NCBI GenBank assembly: GCA_011065125.1
Contig: JAAKFI010000003.1
Location: 13,435 to 77,434, forward strand
DNA from: Candidatus Anoxychlamydiales bacterium
GTDB lineage: Bacteria > Chlamydiota > Chlamydiia > Chlamydiales > SM23-39
Length of the DNA stretch: 64,000 nucleotides
Reading direction: 5' to 3'
A program made the position numbers and the translations under genes. This document shows positions 27,627-37,149 of the stretch, in pieces. Position 1 is the first letter of the stretch. Each line of letters opens with the position of its first letter. The notes below the pieces were generated by a model that was not told where the DNA came from, made no database searches, and saw only the letters and a program-made list of their open reading frames with translations.

Positions 27627-28619
27627 ATGAAAAAATTTGTATTAACATCAGCTATTATACTGTTTTTATCGATTTTTGTAGCATCTTCTTTAAAGAAGAA
27701 AAAAGCTAATAACGAGGTTGTTTTAGATATTAAACAAAACAAATTATCTGAACTTCCTATTAAAGAAGAAAAAAAGATTGAAGTCCCAAAAGAAATAGTG
27801 AAAAAAAATAAAGTGCAACCGATAAAAGAAGAAGTAAAAAATGAAGTAATTCTTCCTGATACCAATATTTTTGATAGACTTTTTGCAACATATTCTTCTA
27901 AATTAGAAAATTTAGTGGAAACATTAACTTATACTGCTAGAGTTCCTTGGCTTAAAGATAGAGCGGCTTGGATTGCTGATTATGCTTCTCACTATTCTAC
28001 AACAAGACATTTTATTGCTAGATCATTAAATAAAAAAGCAGATTACTTTACTCAAAAAATAGCAGCTGGGGATAGATTTAATGTAATTAGAACAGATAAA
28101 AATATTAATTTTCATTTGTTAATAGATTTAAACAGATCAAAGATGTGGTTTTATGCTGTAGATAAAGATTCAAATGAAAAAACACTTTTAAAAACATATA
28201 ATGTAGGCCTTGGTAGAAAAGACTCTAAAAGAAAATCAGGGTATTTAACACCTATAGGTATATATCAGTTAGGTGAAAAAGTAGCTATTTATAAACCTAA
28301 AACAATGGGTTACTTCCAAGATCAAAAAATTGAGATGATATCAGTATTTGGAACTAGATGGATACCATTTGAACAAGAAGTAGAAAATTGCAGTGAATCT
28401 GCTAAAGGTCTTGGGATTCATGGAGTACCATGGAATAATAATAACAACGAACTTAAAGAAGATTTAAGTAAGCTTTGTAATTATGATAGTGATGGATGTA
28501 TTAGACTCTCATCAGAAGATATTGAAGAGCTATTTGCTATTGTAATATCTAGACCTACATTTGTAGAGCTTACAAATGATTTTTTTACATCTAAATTATT
28601 ATCTGAAGAAAAAAAATAA
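27627..28619 (+). CDS. L,D-transpeptidase (YkuD catalytic domain) with signal peptide and a Lys/Glu-rich linker
   Basis: Signal/anchor MKKFVLTSAIILFLSIFVASS. Catalytic GIHGVP...SDGCIRLS (H..S.GC.R). Confidence 0.8.
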   Translation: MKKFVLTSAIILFLSIFVASSLKKKKANNEVVLDIKQNKLSELPIKEEKKIEVPKEIVKKNKVQPIKEEVKNEVILPDTNIFDRLFATYSSKLENLVETLTYTARVPWLKDRAAWIADYASHYSTTRHFIARSLNKKADYFTQKIAAGDRFNVIRTDKNINFHLLIDLNRSKMWFYAVDKDSNEKTLLKTYNVGLGRKDSKRKSGYLTPIGIYQLGEKVAIYKPKTMGYFQDQKIEMISVFGTRWIPFEQEVENCSESAKGLGIHGVPWNNNNNELKEDLSKLCNYDSDGCIRLSSEDIEELFAIVISRPTFVELTNDFFTSKLLSEEKK

Positions 28620-28635
28620 ATAATAAAGGTAAATA

Positions 28636-29589
28636 ATGACAATACTTCCTCATGAAAAACAGATTTATGAATATGAAGAGATAATAAAACAGCTTAAAGA
28701 TCAAAATAAATTAAACTCTCTTTGGTCTACAGATGAGATAGAAAAACTAGAAGATAAATTTAAAATTTTAAAAGAAAAGGTATATTCTGAAATGTCTTCT
28801 TGGGACAGGATATTAATTTCTAGACATCCTAAAAGACCACACTCATTGGATTATATTAAAAATATATCTGATGAATATGTTGAGATTTTTGGAGATAGAC
28901 TTTTCAGTGATGATAAAGCTGTTGTAGTAACATTAGCTACTATCAATAAACAAAAGTTTATAGTTATAGGACAAGAAAAAGGAAAAGACACAGAAAGTAG
29001 GTTAAAAAGAAATTTTGGAATGCTTCATCCAGAAGGTTTTAGAAAAGCTCTTAGAGCTATGAAATTAGCTGAGAAATTCAATTTACCAGTAATTACCCTT
29101 CTAGATACACCAGGAGCTTATCCAGGCCTTACAGCAGAAAAAAGAGGTCAAGGATGGGCTATTGCCAAAAATTTATTTGAAATGTCAAAACTTCAAACAC
29201 AAATTATTGTAATAATAATTGGTGAAGGGTGTTCAGGAGGAGCTTTAGGCATGGGGATAGGTGATATCATTGGTATGATGGAGCACGCATATTACTCAGT
29301 TATTTCTCCAGAGGGATGTGCATCTATTTTATATAAAGATGTAGAAAAAAATGAAGCTGCAGCAAAATCATTAAAGTTGCATGCTGAAGATTTAATTAAA
29401 TTCAAAATTATAGATGAAATTATAAAAGAGCCTTTAGGTGGAGCTCATCTAAATAATCAAGTAGCATATGATAATGTAAAAGAATTTATCTTATCATCGT
29501 GGGAAAACTTGAAGAATATTCCAATAAAAGTCATAATCGAGAAGCGATATAACAAATTTCGCAAAATGGGAATTGTAGAAACCCTTTAG
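28636..29589 (+). CDS. accA: Acetyl-CoA carboxylase carboxyltransferase alpha subunit
   Basis: ARHPKRPH-like [22 protein letters not shown], and [10 protein letters not shown]. Ends in TAG. Confidence 0.95.
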   Translation: MTILPHEKQIYEYEEIIKQLKDQNKLNSLWSTDEIEKLEDKFKILKEKVYSEMSSWDRILISRHPKRPHSLDYIKNISDEYVEIFGDRLFSDDKAVVVTLATINKQKFIVIGQEKGKDTESRLKRNFGMLHPEGFRKALRAMKLAEKFNLPVITLLDTPGAYPGLTAEKRGQGWAIAKNLFEMSKLQTQIIVIIIGEGCSGGALGMGIGDIIGMMEHAYYSVISPEGCASILYKDVEKNEAAAKSLKLHAEDLIKFKIIDEIIKEPLGGAHLNNQVAYDNVKEFILSSWENLKNIPIKVIIEKRYNKFRKMGIVETL

Positions 29590-29604
29590 CATAATTGAAT
29601 TTTT

Positions 29605-31533
29605 ATGAACCTTCTTTTTAAAGCAGCTATTAGAAGTAGCAAACATTTAACATTAGCAATATTTACAGTTTTTGCATTAATTTTTTTAACTATTTCCACT
29701 CAAATGGAAATGTTTTCTCTTGGCTTTATTGCGAATAATGGAGCTGATTTCTTTTCTTTATTTGGTAAAGATAGAAAGGGCAAGATAAATTCAAATACCT
29801 CAGTTACACTAGAGGAAGTACAAGAAAAATGGAAAAAGATAGATACAGAAAATATAGGTGTGATTTCCAAAAAAGATGCAGCAATCTATATAGCATCTAG
29901 AAAAAATACAAATCCTCTAAATAAAATTTTTAGAATAATTTCCTCTAAATTTAATATAGATCAAAACTTTACTACTCTTATACTTATTTTAATTTCTGTT
30001 GCTTTATTTAAAGCTATATTTCTATTTACCTCTAGATATGCAACCTCACTTCTCTCGATTAGGATTACAAGAGATTTAAGAAGGCAATATTTTGAGCATA
30101 TACAATCACTTCCTTTAAGTTTTTATCAAAGTCATAATATGGGTTCTTTATCAACTAGAGCAGTTGGAGATGCAGGGCAAATAGCCTCTTCATTGAATTC
30201 TATGTTAACAAATTATCTGCAAACACCATTTACGGTTATATCTACATTTATTGCATGTTTTTTTTTATCTTGGAAGTTATCTATCATTATTTTTATTGGA
30301 ATGCCTTTAATAATTTTACCTATAATATTTTTAACTAAAAGAATTAAACAAGTAAGTAGACAGCTTCAAAAAAACCAAGAAAATTTCACATCTATACTTT
30401 TAGATTTTTTGCAAGGAATACAAACCATTAAAATTTTTGCAATGGAAAGTTTTTCATTAAAAAAATATAATGAACAAAATTTAGAAATGGCATACCTAGA
30501 ATCAAAAAGTGCAAAATACCAACTTCTTACTCGTCCTATCCTGCATTTAGTAACAACTGGATGTATGGCAACAGTTGTTTTACTTGGTCTGTATTTTATT
30601 GGAATGAATATTTCTGTTCTTTTAGTATTTGTAGCTCTTTTGCATGGATTTTATGAACCTGTGAAAAAATTTGCTGAAGAAAATGCAAATGTGCAAAGAG
30701 GTGTTGTAGCAGCAGAGAGGATGTTTGAAGTTTTATCATTAAAACCACAGATTATAGATGATGAGGGTGCTATAGATTTAAAAGATCTTAAAGATAAAAT
30801 TGAATTTAAAAACGTTTACTTTAAATATCAAGATGAATGGGTTTTAAAAAATTTAAGTTTTATTGTAAAAAAAGGTGAGACTGTTGCGATAGTAGGTCCA
30901 ACAGGAGCTGGTAAATCAACTATTGTACAACTTCTACCAAGACTTTTTGATGTTCAAAAAGGGTCTATATTAATAGATGGTCTTTCTATTAAATATTACA
31001 CTCAAAAATCTCTAAAAGAAACTATAGCTTTTGTTCCTCAAAAGCCTTTTTTATTTTATGATTCTATTTCATCTAATATTTCGTTTGGTCGGGACTATTC
31101 TAAAGAAGAGATTATTAACGCTTCTATAAAAGCACATGCTCATGAATTTATTGTAGATTTACCAAATAAGTATGATTGCGTTATTGCAGAAGCTGGTAAA
31201 AGCCTATCAGGTGGTCAACAACAAAGACTTGCAATAGCAAGAGCTTTAGTTAAAAAATCACCTATATTAGTAATGGATGAAGCAACCTCATCTTTAGATG
31301 CTATTAGTGAAAATAAAATAAAGTGCGCTATACAAGATCTTCAAAAAGACGTGACTCAAATAATTATAGCTCATAGACTATCTACAATAGAGCATGTAGA
31401 TAAAATTATTTACATAGAAAAAGGTGAAAAAATAGCTGAAGGTTCAAAAGATGAGCTTTTATTAACTTGCCCACAGTTTAAAAATATGTGGGAAGTATAT
31501 CATAAATTAAAAGATAAGAGTACTTTAGTTTAA
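29605..31533 (+). CDS. msbA: ABC transporter, fused permease/ATPase, MsbA-like lipid exporter
   Basis: Six-helix TMD. Walker A GPTGAGKST, signature LSGGQQQRLAIARA, Walker B ILVMDEATS. Confidence 0.85.
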   Translation: MNLLFKAAIRSSKHLTLAIFTVFALIFLTISTQMEMFSLGFIANNGADFFSLFGKDRKGKINSNTSVTLEEVQEKWKKIDTENIGVISKKDAAIYIASRKNTNPLNKIFRIISSKFNIDQNFTTLILILISVALFKAIFLFTSRYATSLLSIRITRDLRRQYFEHIQSLPLSFYQSHNMGSLSTRAVGDAGQIASSLNSMLTNYLQTPFTVISTFIACFFLSWKLSIIIFIGMPLIILPIIFLTKRIKQVSRQLQKNQENFTSILLDFLQGIQTIKIFAMESFSLKKYNEQNLEMAYLESKSAKYQLLTRPILHLVTTGCMATVVLLGLYFIGMNISVLLVFVALLHGFYEPVKKFAEENANVQRGVVAAERMFEVLSLKPQIIDDEGAIDLKDLKDKIEFKNVYFKYQDEWVLKNLSFIVKKGETVAIVGPTGAGKSTIVQLLPRLFDVQKGSILIDGLSIKYYTQKSLKETIAFVPQKPFLFYDSISSNISFGRDYSKEEIINASIKAHAHEFIVDLPNKYDCVIAEAGKSLSGGQQQRLAIARALVKKSPILVMDEATSSLDAISENKIKCAIQDLQKDVTQIIIAHRLSTIEHVDKIIYIEKGEKIAEGSKDELLLTCPQFKNMWEVYHKLKDKSTLV

Positions 31534-31536
31534 CTT

Positions 31537-31815
31537 ATGAATGATGAATATAAAGAGCTAATAGATACTTTAAATAATTTCATAGAAAAATTAGAAGAAT
31601 TCAATAAAACAAAAAATGATTATTTGAAGCTAGATATAAGAGCTATAGGTAATAAAATAGATCATTTATCTAAAATTTTATCAGATAATATTGCAATGGA
31701 TAGCAATATAATGTTTGAAAAATTAGATCTTTATTTATCAACCACTTTAGATGAAGATTATAAAAAATTATTACTTCAATTAACAAAAATTAGAAAAAAA
31801 TTATTTGAGCTTTAA
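31537..31815 (+). CDS. Small hypothetical helical protein
   Basis: 92-aa ORF starting 3 nt after the msbA stop. No family recognised. Confidence 0.45.
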   Translation: MNDEYKELIDTLNNFIEKLEEFNKTKNDYLKLDIRAIGNKIDHLSKILSDNIAMDSNIMFEKLDLYLSTTLDEDYKKLLLQLTKIRKKLFEL

Positions 31816-31817
31816 TA

Positions 31818-32690
31818 TTAAGATCTTATATGTTGTAAATATATCTGGATAAATCTAAGTGAATTTTGAGCTTTGCTAATTTGACACTCTTGTGCAATAT
31901 CTATAAAATCCTCAAATGGTTTTTTTTCAAACATATTATAAATCGTTAAATAGATCTCTGCTAATTTTATATCATTAAAAACTAAAGCAACTTTTATTTG
32001 TTCTTTAAAATCAACTTTGTCTTTAATATTAAAGTAAAGTTTTTGTAGAATAAACTCTAAAATTATAAAATTTTGTTCTCTTTGAACTTTAGTTTTTTCA
32101 AATAGAATCATGGCTTCATCCAGTTTTTTTTCAAAAGATTCCCTGTCGATTTCTGGATTATATTTAGGTAACGGCATTAAGCCATCTTTATCAAATATCA
32201 TTGCAAAGGACGTTAGTATATTTGATGATAGAGATAGAACCATATCGCTAACAAAATCTATTGTTAGAATATCTAAGTATGAACTTAAAAGCCTATTTAT
32301 TGCGGTTAAGTTAAACTCTATAATATATCGATGAAAACTACATCTCATATGGTCTTGCATTTTAGCTGATAATATTTCTTTTATTTCATTTAATGAATCT
32401 AAACATTCAACTCCTAAATTATTTTCTTTTTTTAATTTTAAAAATAATTGATATGCCTTTAGGGGAGTTTTACTATCAACTGCAGCTTTATTTAAATCTA
32501 AAAAAATAAAATTTTTAAAAAAGTTTTTGAAAACTTCAATTTCTCTTTCTTCTGTTGGAAAAGCGCTTTTAATAATTTCTGTGATTCGTTTTTCAGGATA
32601 TAAATCAATTTTAGCAATTAGTTTATTAATATTATCTACAGGATATAAAATAGCTATAGTATCTAAGGAATGAGTTATTGTTATAGTCAT
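31818..32690 (-). CDS. Hypothetical protein
   Basis: 290-aa uninterrupted ORF. No motif recognised. Confidence 0.55.
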   Translation of the reverse strand: MTITITHSLDTIAILYPVDNINKLIAKIDLYPEKRITEIIKSAFPTEEREIEVFKNFFKNFIFLDLNKAAVDSKTPLKAYQLFLKLKKENNLGVECLDSLNEIKEILSAKMQDHMRCSFHRYIIEFNLTAINRLLSSYLDILTIDFVSDMVLSLSSNILTSFAMIFDKDGLMPLPKYNPEIDRESFEKKLDEAMILFEKTKVQREQNFIILEFILQKLYFNIKDKVDFKEQIKVALVFNDIKLAEIYLTIYNMFEKKPFEDFIDIAQECQISKAQNSLRFIQIYLQHIRS

Positions 32691-32773
32691 AATATTATTT
32701 TGGGATTTATTAAAAAAAAAAAAGATGATATCTAAAAAATATATTAAAATAAATTAAAAAAAAATAATTTTAA

Positions 32774-33595
32774 TTATATTTCTTTAAAAGGATATTTAAA
32801 AGTGAATCCAGTTTCTTTAATTCTATAGTTAGAAACTCTTTTATTAACATCATCAAAGATATTTTTTTTATCATCCCATGATATTTTAGAAATATTTAAT
32901 TTTTTGCATATTTTATCTAGTAGTTCTTTTCTTGTGATATGATCATCATCAACTACATTAAATATTCCATATAAATTGTGATCTAATACAAAATTTATAG
33001 TATTAACAGCATCATCTAAATGAACCATATTTGTATAGAATGAGCTGTCTCCTTTAAGAGAGTTGTTTAGCATGATTTTTGCTAATTTTTCAAGTTCTCT
33101 GTGTGGACCATATACCCTTGCAAGTCTTAAAATAGTAATATCAAAATCATATCCTTTTAAAGAAAGATATGTTTTTTCAGCTTCAATAATTTTTTTTGGA
33201 TAATCATCTGTTGCATTTAATGTTGAATCTTCATCTACCCATTTTCCACTATGATTTCCATATACAATACTTTGTGAGATGAAGATAATTCTTTTTTTTT
33301 CTTTTATCTCTTTAGCTGCTTTTTTTATATTTGCAGAAGCTTCTAAATAAGCTTTTTCATATTCATTTATATCTTCACTAAAAATTGTAACAATTATTAC
33401 ATCATTTTCTTTTAGAAGTAATAAAATTTCATTTTCATCTGAGCTATCTACTACTTTTGTTTTTTGTGTTATATCGCAAATCTTTTTTATGGAAGATGGG
33501 TTTCTAGTTGTAGCTGTAACAAAATTATTTTTTTTTACAAGTGTATTAGCTAAAGCTCTACCTAAATAACCACATCCTATTATTGCTATATTCAT
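32774..33595 (-). CDS. NAD-dependent epimerase/dehydratase (extended SDR) family protein
   Basis: N-terminal Rossmann IAIIGCGYLGRALA, plus an SDR-like central region. Confidence 0.7.
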   Translation of the reverse strand: MNIAIIGCGYLGRALANTLVKKNNFVTATTRNPSSIKKICDITQKTKVVDSSDENEILLLLKENDVIIVTIFSEDINEYEKAYLEASANIKKAAKEIKEKKRIIFISQSIVYGNHSGKWVDEDSTLNATDDYPKKIIEAEKTYLSLKGYDFDITILRLARVYGPHRELEKLAKIMLNNSLKGDSSFYTNMVHLDDAVNTINFVLDHNLYGIFNVVDDDHITRKELLDKICKKLNISKISWDDKKNIFDDVNKRVSNYRIKETGFTFKYPFKEI

Positions 33596-33601
33596 AATTA
33601 C

Positions 33602-34300
33602 CTATATTAAATTTAATTGTTTTAGTGATTTTTTTAATGTTTGATGTTCATCTTTTTCTAAAACTTCATTTTTATTTAGCCATTGAATGTAATTTGATGG
33701 AACTTCTTTTAAAGGTTTGCCACTATATTTTCCAAAAGGCATATGAGTTAAAAGCTCATTTGTTGTTTGATATAATAGCTTATGGATTGTTTCAATATTT
33801 AGATCATCTACCATATTCATAAATACTTTGTATAAAACCATAACATCATCTAAAGCTCTATGTGCATTATTTTGTTCAATTTTATAAATTTCCCTTAAAT
33901 ATTGAAGAGCATGTCTTGGTAGATCAGATCTATATTTTCTAGCCCATTTTAAAGAATCCACATATAAAAAATCTGGAAAGGTTACATTTACTCTTGCAAA
34001 CTCATTTTTTAAAAATAACTTATCAAAATTATCATTATTATGAGCTATTAATACGACATCGCCAGAACAAAACTCTACAAACTCTTTAGATATTTCATCA
34101 AAAGCTTTTGCATCTTTTACCATATCATCTGTAATATTTGTAATTTGAGTTGACTCATGCGGTATCGGCATATTTGGGTTAACTAATTTACAATATGTTT
34201 TATTCAAAGTTGGATCATATGCTGCGATTTCTATTATTCGATCCTTTTTATTATCAATTCCAGTTGTTTCTAAATCATAAAAAATTGGTCTTAAAGTCAT
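33602..34300 (-). CDS. DnaQ-like 3'-5' exonuclease (DEDDh) with a C-terminal DUF3820-like module
   Basis: ExoI FYDLETTG, ExoII AHNNDNFD, ExoIII HRALDDV. C-terminal MPFGKYSGKPLKEVPSNYIQWL. Confidence 0.85.
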   Translation of the reverse strand: MTLRPIFYDLETTGIDNKKDRIIEIAAYDPTLNKTYCKLVNPNMPIPHESTQITNITDDMVKDAKAFDEISKEFVEFCSGDVVLIAHNNDNFDKLFLKNEFARVNVTFPDFLYVDSLKWARKYRSDLPRHALQYLREIYKIEQNNAHRALDDVMVLYKVFMNMVDDLNIETIHKLLYQTTNELLTHMPFGKYSGKPLKEVPSNYIQWLNKNEVLEKDEHQTLKKSLKQLNLI

Positions 34301-34366
34301 AAAAATATCTCGTTTTTTTAAAGGTTGAAAAATGTTATATTATTAATATATATAAAAGAGGATAAA

Positions 34367-34507
34367 ATGTTAAAAAAACTTTTTTTGTTTTTCGTTTTTA
34401 TTTTGCTAACTGGATGTTATCAAGGCTCTGATGCTGATAATTTGGATACTAGGCCAATTACAAATAATCCAAATTTAGTTCCAACTAGAAGTTTAATTCC
34501 AAATTAA
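34367..34507 (+). CDS. Small lipoprotein (46 aa)
   Basis: MLKKLFLFFVFILLTGC has a lipobox (LTGC). AAGAGGA lies 6 nt upstream of the ATG at 34367, which is preferred over the tracked TTG at 34325. Confidence 0.6.
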   Translation: MLKKLFLFFVFILLTGCYQGSDADNLDTRPITNNPNLVPTRSLIPN

Positions 34508-35424
34508 AGCCATTTTTTTCTAACAAACACATAAATACATATCAGAGAAATAAGTATAGTTATGTTCATTATAATAAAAAAAGCATGAGGGTTACTGGCT
34601 AAAGGAAGAGATATATTCATACCATAAATAGATGATATAATCGTTGGAATTGTAAAAATTATTGTAATAGCGGTTAGTAATTTTATAGTTTTATTAACAC
34701 TATTTGTAAATAATATTTGGTATGCATCTCTTAAAGATCTAATACTTTTTATAGAAAGGGTGCATATATCCTCTGATTGCTTAATTGCAATCATTAGATC
34801 TTGTAATATGTCATAATCTTTGTCATAAAGTGCTATGTATCTACCAGTAGTAGTTGCTTCTAAAAGATTTCTTAAAGGAATTAGAGATGCTAAGTATTGA
34901 TTTAAGATCTCTTCATTATTTGTTAACAAAACTATCGCTTCATTTGTAACATTTTTCATTTTATATTCTTGTTCAATAACTATATTCCTTACTTTTTTAA
35001 TTTTAGTTGTGAAATCTTGTGTTATTTTTAAAAGTAAAAAAAGTAAAAGTTTAGATTTTTGTGTTGTTGTGATATTTGTTTTACTATTAATTAAATTATC
35101 AATTATATGACTTTTATAAGGGCAAATTGTAATAATATGGTTTTTGGTAATTATTACACTTAAAGTCATTGTATGAAGACCTTCTTCATTATCAGAAGAG
35201 TGTCTGCAGTAAATTGCCACATTTGAATCTACATGCTCAATTCTAGGTATCTCGTATCTATCGATAGTATCTAAAATATGATCTAAATCCAGATTTGCAA
35301 CCTCAGCTATTTTGTTTAAATCATCCATAGTAGTATTGTAAATATTTATCCAACTTCCAGCTTTAAAATCAGATATTTTTTCAAATTTGTCACCTTTAAG
35401 TGATTTGAAATAGATATCAATCAT
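34504..35424 (-). CDS. corA: CorA-family Mg2+/Co2+ transporter
   Basis: C-terminal two TM helices with the YGMN signature (SIYGMNISLP). Confidence 0.85.
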   Translation of the reverse strand: MIDIYFKSLKGDKFEKISDFKAGSWINIYNTTMDDLNKIAEVANLDLDHILDTIDRYEIPRIEHVDSNVAIYCRHSSDNEEGLHTMTLSVIITKNHIITICPYKSHIIDNLINSKTNITTTQKSKLLLFLLLKITQDFTTKIKKVRNIVIEQEYKMKNVTNEAIVLLTNNEEILNQYLASLIPLRNLLEATTTGRYIALYDKDYDILQDLMIAIKQSEDICTLSIKSIRSLRDAYQILFTNSVNKTIKLLTAITIIFTIPTIISSIYGMNISLPLASNPHAFFIIMNITILISLICIYVFVRKKWL

Positions 35425-35482
35425 AAAATTTTTCCTCTTAATACTTTACTTATCAGTAAAAAAAGGTAAAATCAAGAAAAAT

Positions 35483-36520
35483 TTATTTCTTAGATAACTT
35501 TTCTTCTAAATGAGCTATTTTTTCTTCAAGCTTTGAGATAATCTTTTTTAGATTTTTTTGAAAAACAAACTGGCGGTTATAATCATTTAAACCAATAGCA
35601 GGGGACCCTCTATATTTTCCAGCTTTTAAATTTTTACTAACACCCGTTCTTGAAGCTAGCATTACTTGATCATCTAATTTTATATGACCGGTTATTCCAA
35701 CTTGTCCACCCATTATGTTGTAACTTCCAATTTTAGTAGACCCAGCTATTCCTGTTTGCGCAGCTATTGCGCTATGATTTCCAATTTCAACATTATGGGC
35801 TATTTGAACTAAGTTATCAATTTTTGCACCTTTATGGATAATTGTAGAGCTAAATCTTGCTCTATCAATAGTTGTATTAGCTCCAATTTCAACATCATCT
35901 TCTAGGATCACATTTCCAAGTTGAGTGATTTTTTTATATTCATTATTTTCAAAAGTGTACCCAAAACCACAAGATCCAATAACAGCGCCTGGTTGAATAG
36001 TTACTCTATCTTGAATTATTGTGTTTTCTCTAATAACTACGTTTGAATGGATAATACAGTTTTTGCCAATTACAACATTTGAATGAATAGAAACATTAGA
36101 TCCTATTGAAGTATTTTCATCAATTTTAACATTTTGATCTATTACGGTATTTGGACCAACTTTAACATTGTTTTTTATATTGGCACTTTCATGAATAATG
36201 CAAGATGAATGAATATTTTCAAAACCTGATATATTTGAATTGGATAAAAAGTATTCTGCAATAATTTGAAAAGTTCTAGAGGGATCTTTGGATATTAAAT
36301 AATTCTTATTTTTTTCAATTTCAACATCTTCTGATATGCAAAAAGCTAAAGCTTTAGATGTTCTGATTTTATCGAGATATTTTAAATTTGCTAAAAATGA
36401 AATTTCATTTTTATTAGCAGCTTCTAGCGTATTTATACCCAATAGTAAAACATTTGGATCTCCAACTATTTTACTATTGGTAAACTTAGAAAGTTCTTCT
36501 AAAGTGATTTTTTTTTGCAT
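35483..36520 (-). CDS. lpxD: UDP-3-O-acylglucosamine N-acyltransferase
   Basis: Left-handed beta-helix hexapeptide repeats, an LpxD N-terminal domain and a C-terminal coiled coil. Syntenic with skp-bamA. Confidence 0.9.
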   Translation of the reverse strand: MQKKITLEELSKFTNSKIVGDPNVLLLGINTLEAANKNEISFLANLKYLDKIRTSKALAFCISEDVEIEKNKNYLISKDPSRTFQIIAEYFLSNSNISGFENIHSSCIIHESANIKNNVKVGPNTVIDQNVKIDENTSIGSNVSIHSNVVIGKNCIIHSNVVIRENTIIQDRVTIQPGAVIGSCGFGYTFENNEYKKITQLGNVILEDDVEIGANTTIDRARFSSTIIHKGAKIDNLVQIAHNVEIGNHSAIAAQTGIAGSTKIGSYNIMGGQVGITGHIKLDDQVMLASRTGVSKNLKAGKYRGSPAIGLNDYNRQFVFQKNLKKIISKLEEKIAHLEEKLSKK

Positions 36521-37131
36521 TATTTTTTTGATTTAGTTTCGTTATCTATGTTTTCTGGTATGTTTGATGCAACTTTTTCACTTTTTTCTTTTTCATTTTG
36601 AGCTGTTTCTTTATCAAAATTTATATCCATTTCTTTAATTACTAAAGAAGTGATATCTAGTTTTGAATTTGTGTAAAAACAAGCTTCTTTATTTAAAACT
36701 ATATCTAAATTTTTCTTTTCTGCTATTTTTTCAGATGCAACAGAAATATTGTTAGACATTTTCTGCATGAAGAAATAGTTAGCTTGATTTAATATTTGAT
36801 ATAATTGATTTTGGTATTTCATTATATCTTCAGATAATGTTTTTTGTTTTAAACTTAACTCTTCAATTGCTTGAGGTGAAAGACCTCCAATGTAATCTTC
36901 ATCTTCTAATTTAGAATTTATATCTTTTAAGTCTTTATCTGTTTGTTCAATTAATTGAGTCCATTGTTTTTTTATGTTCTCTAATTGATCTTGCTCATTT
37001 TTACCATATTTTGAGTCTGTTAAACAGCTCATAAAATTTACAACGCCCATTACATTTTTAGAACTCATTGCAAAAGATGTTGTTGTAGCAAAAAATATAG
37101 CTATAGCAAGTATTATATTTTTTAGTTTCAT
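36520..37131 (-). CDS. skp: Periplasmic chaperone Skp/OmpH
   Basis: Signal peptide plus a long helical Q/K/E-rich body. Conserved position between bamA and lpxD. Confidence 0.8.
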   Translation of the reverse strand: MKLKNIILAIAIFFATTTSFAMSSKNVMGVVNFMSCLTDSKYGKNEQDQLENIKKQWTQLIEQTDKDLKDINSKLEDEDYIGGLSPQAIEELSLKQKTLSEDIMKYQNQLYQILNQANYFFMQKMSNNISVASEKIAEKKNLDIVLNKEACFYTNSKLDITSLVIKEMDINFDKETAQNEKEKSEKVASNIPENIDNETKSKK

Positions 37132-37149
37132 ATTAGCTCCTGTTTTTGT

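Noticed and set aside
27243-27865. Minus-strand ORFs 27243-27431 and 27539-27865
   Set aside because: The first covers the IHF terminator and an AT-rich spacer. The second is antisense to the 5' end of the L,D-transpeptidase gene. Both translate to low-complexity sequence.
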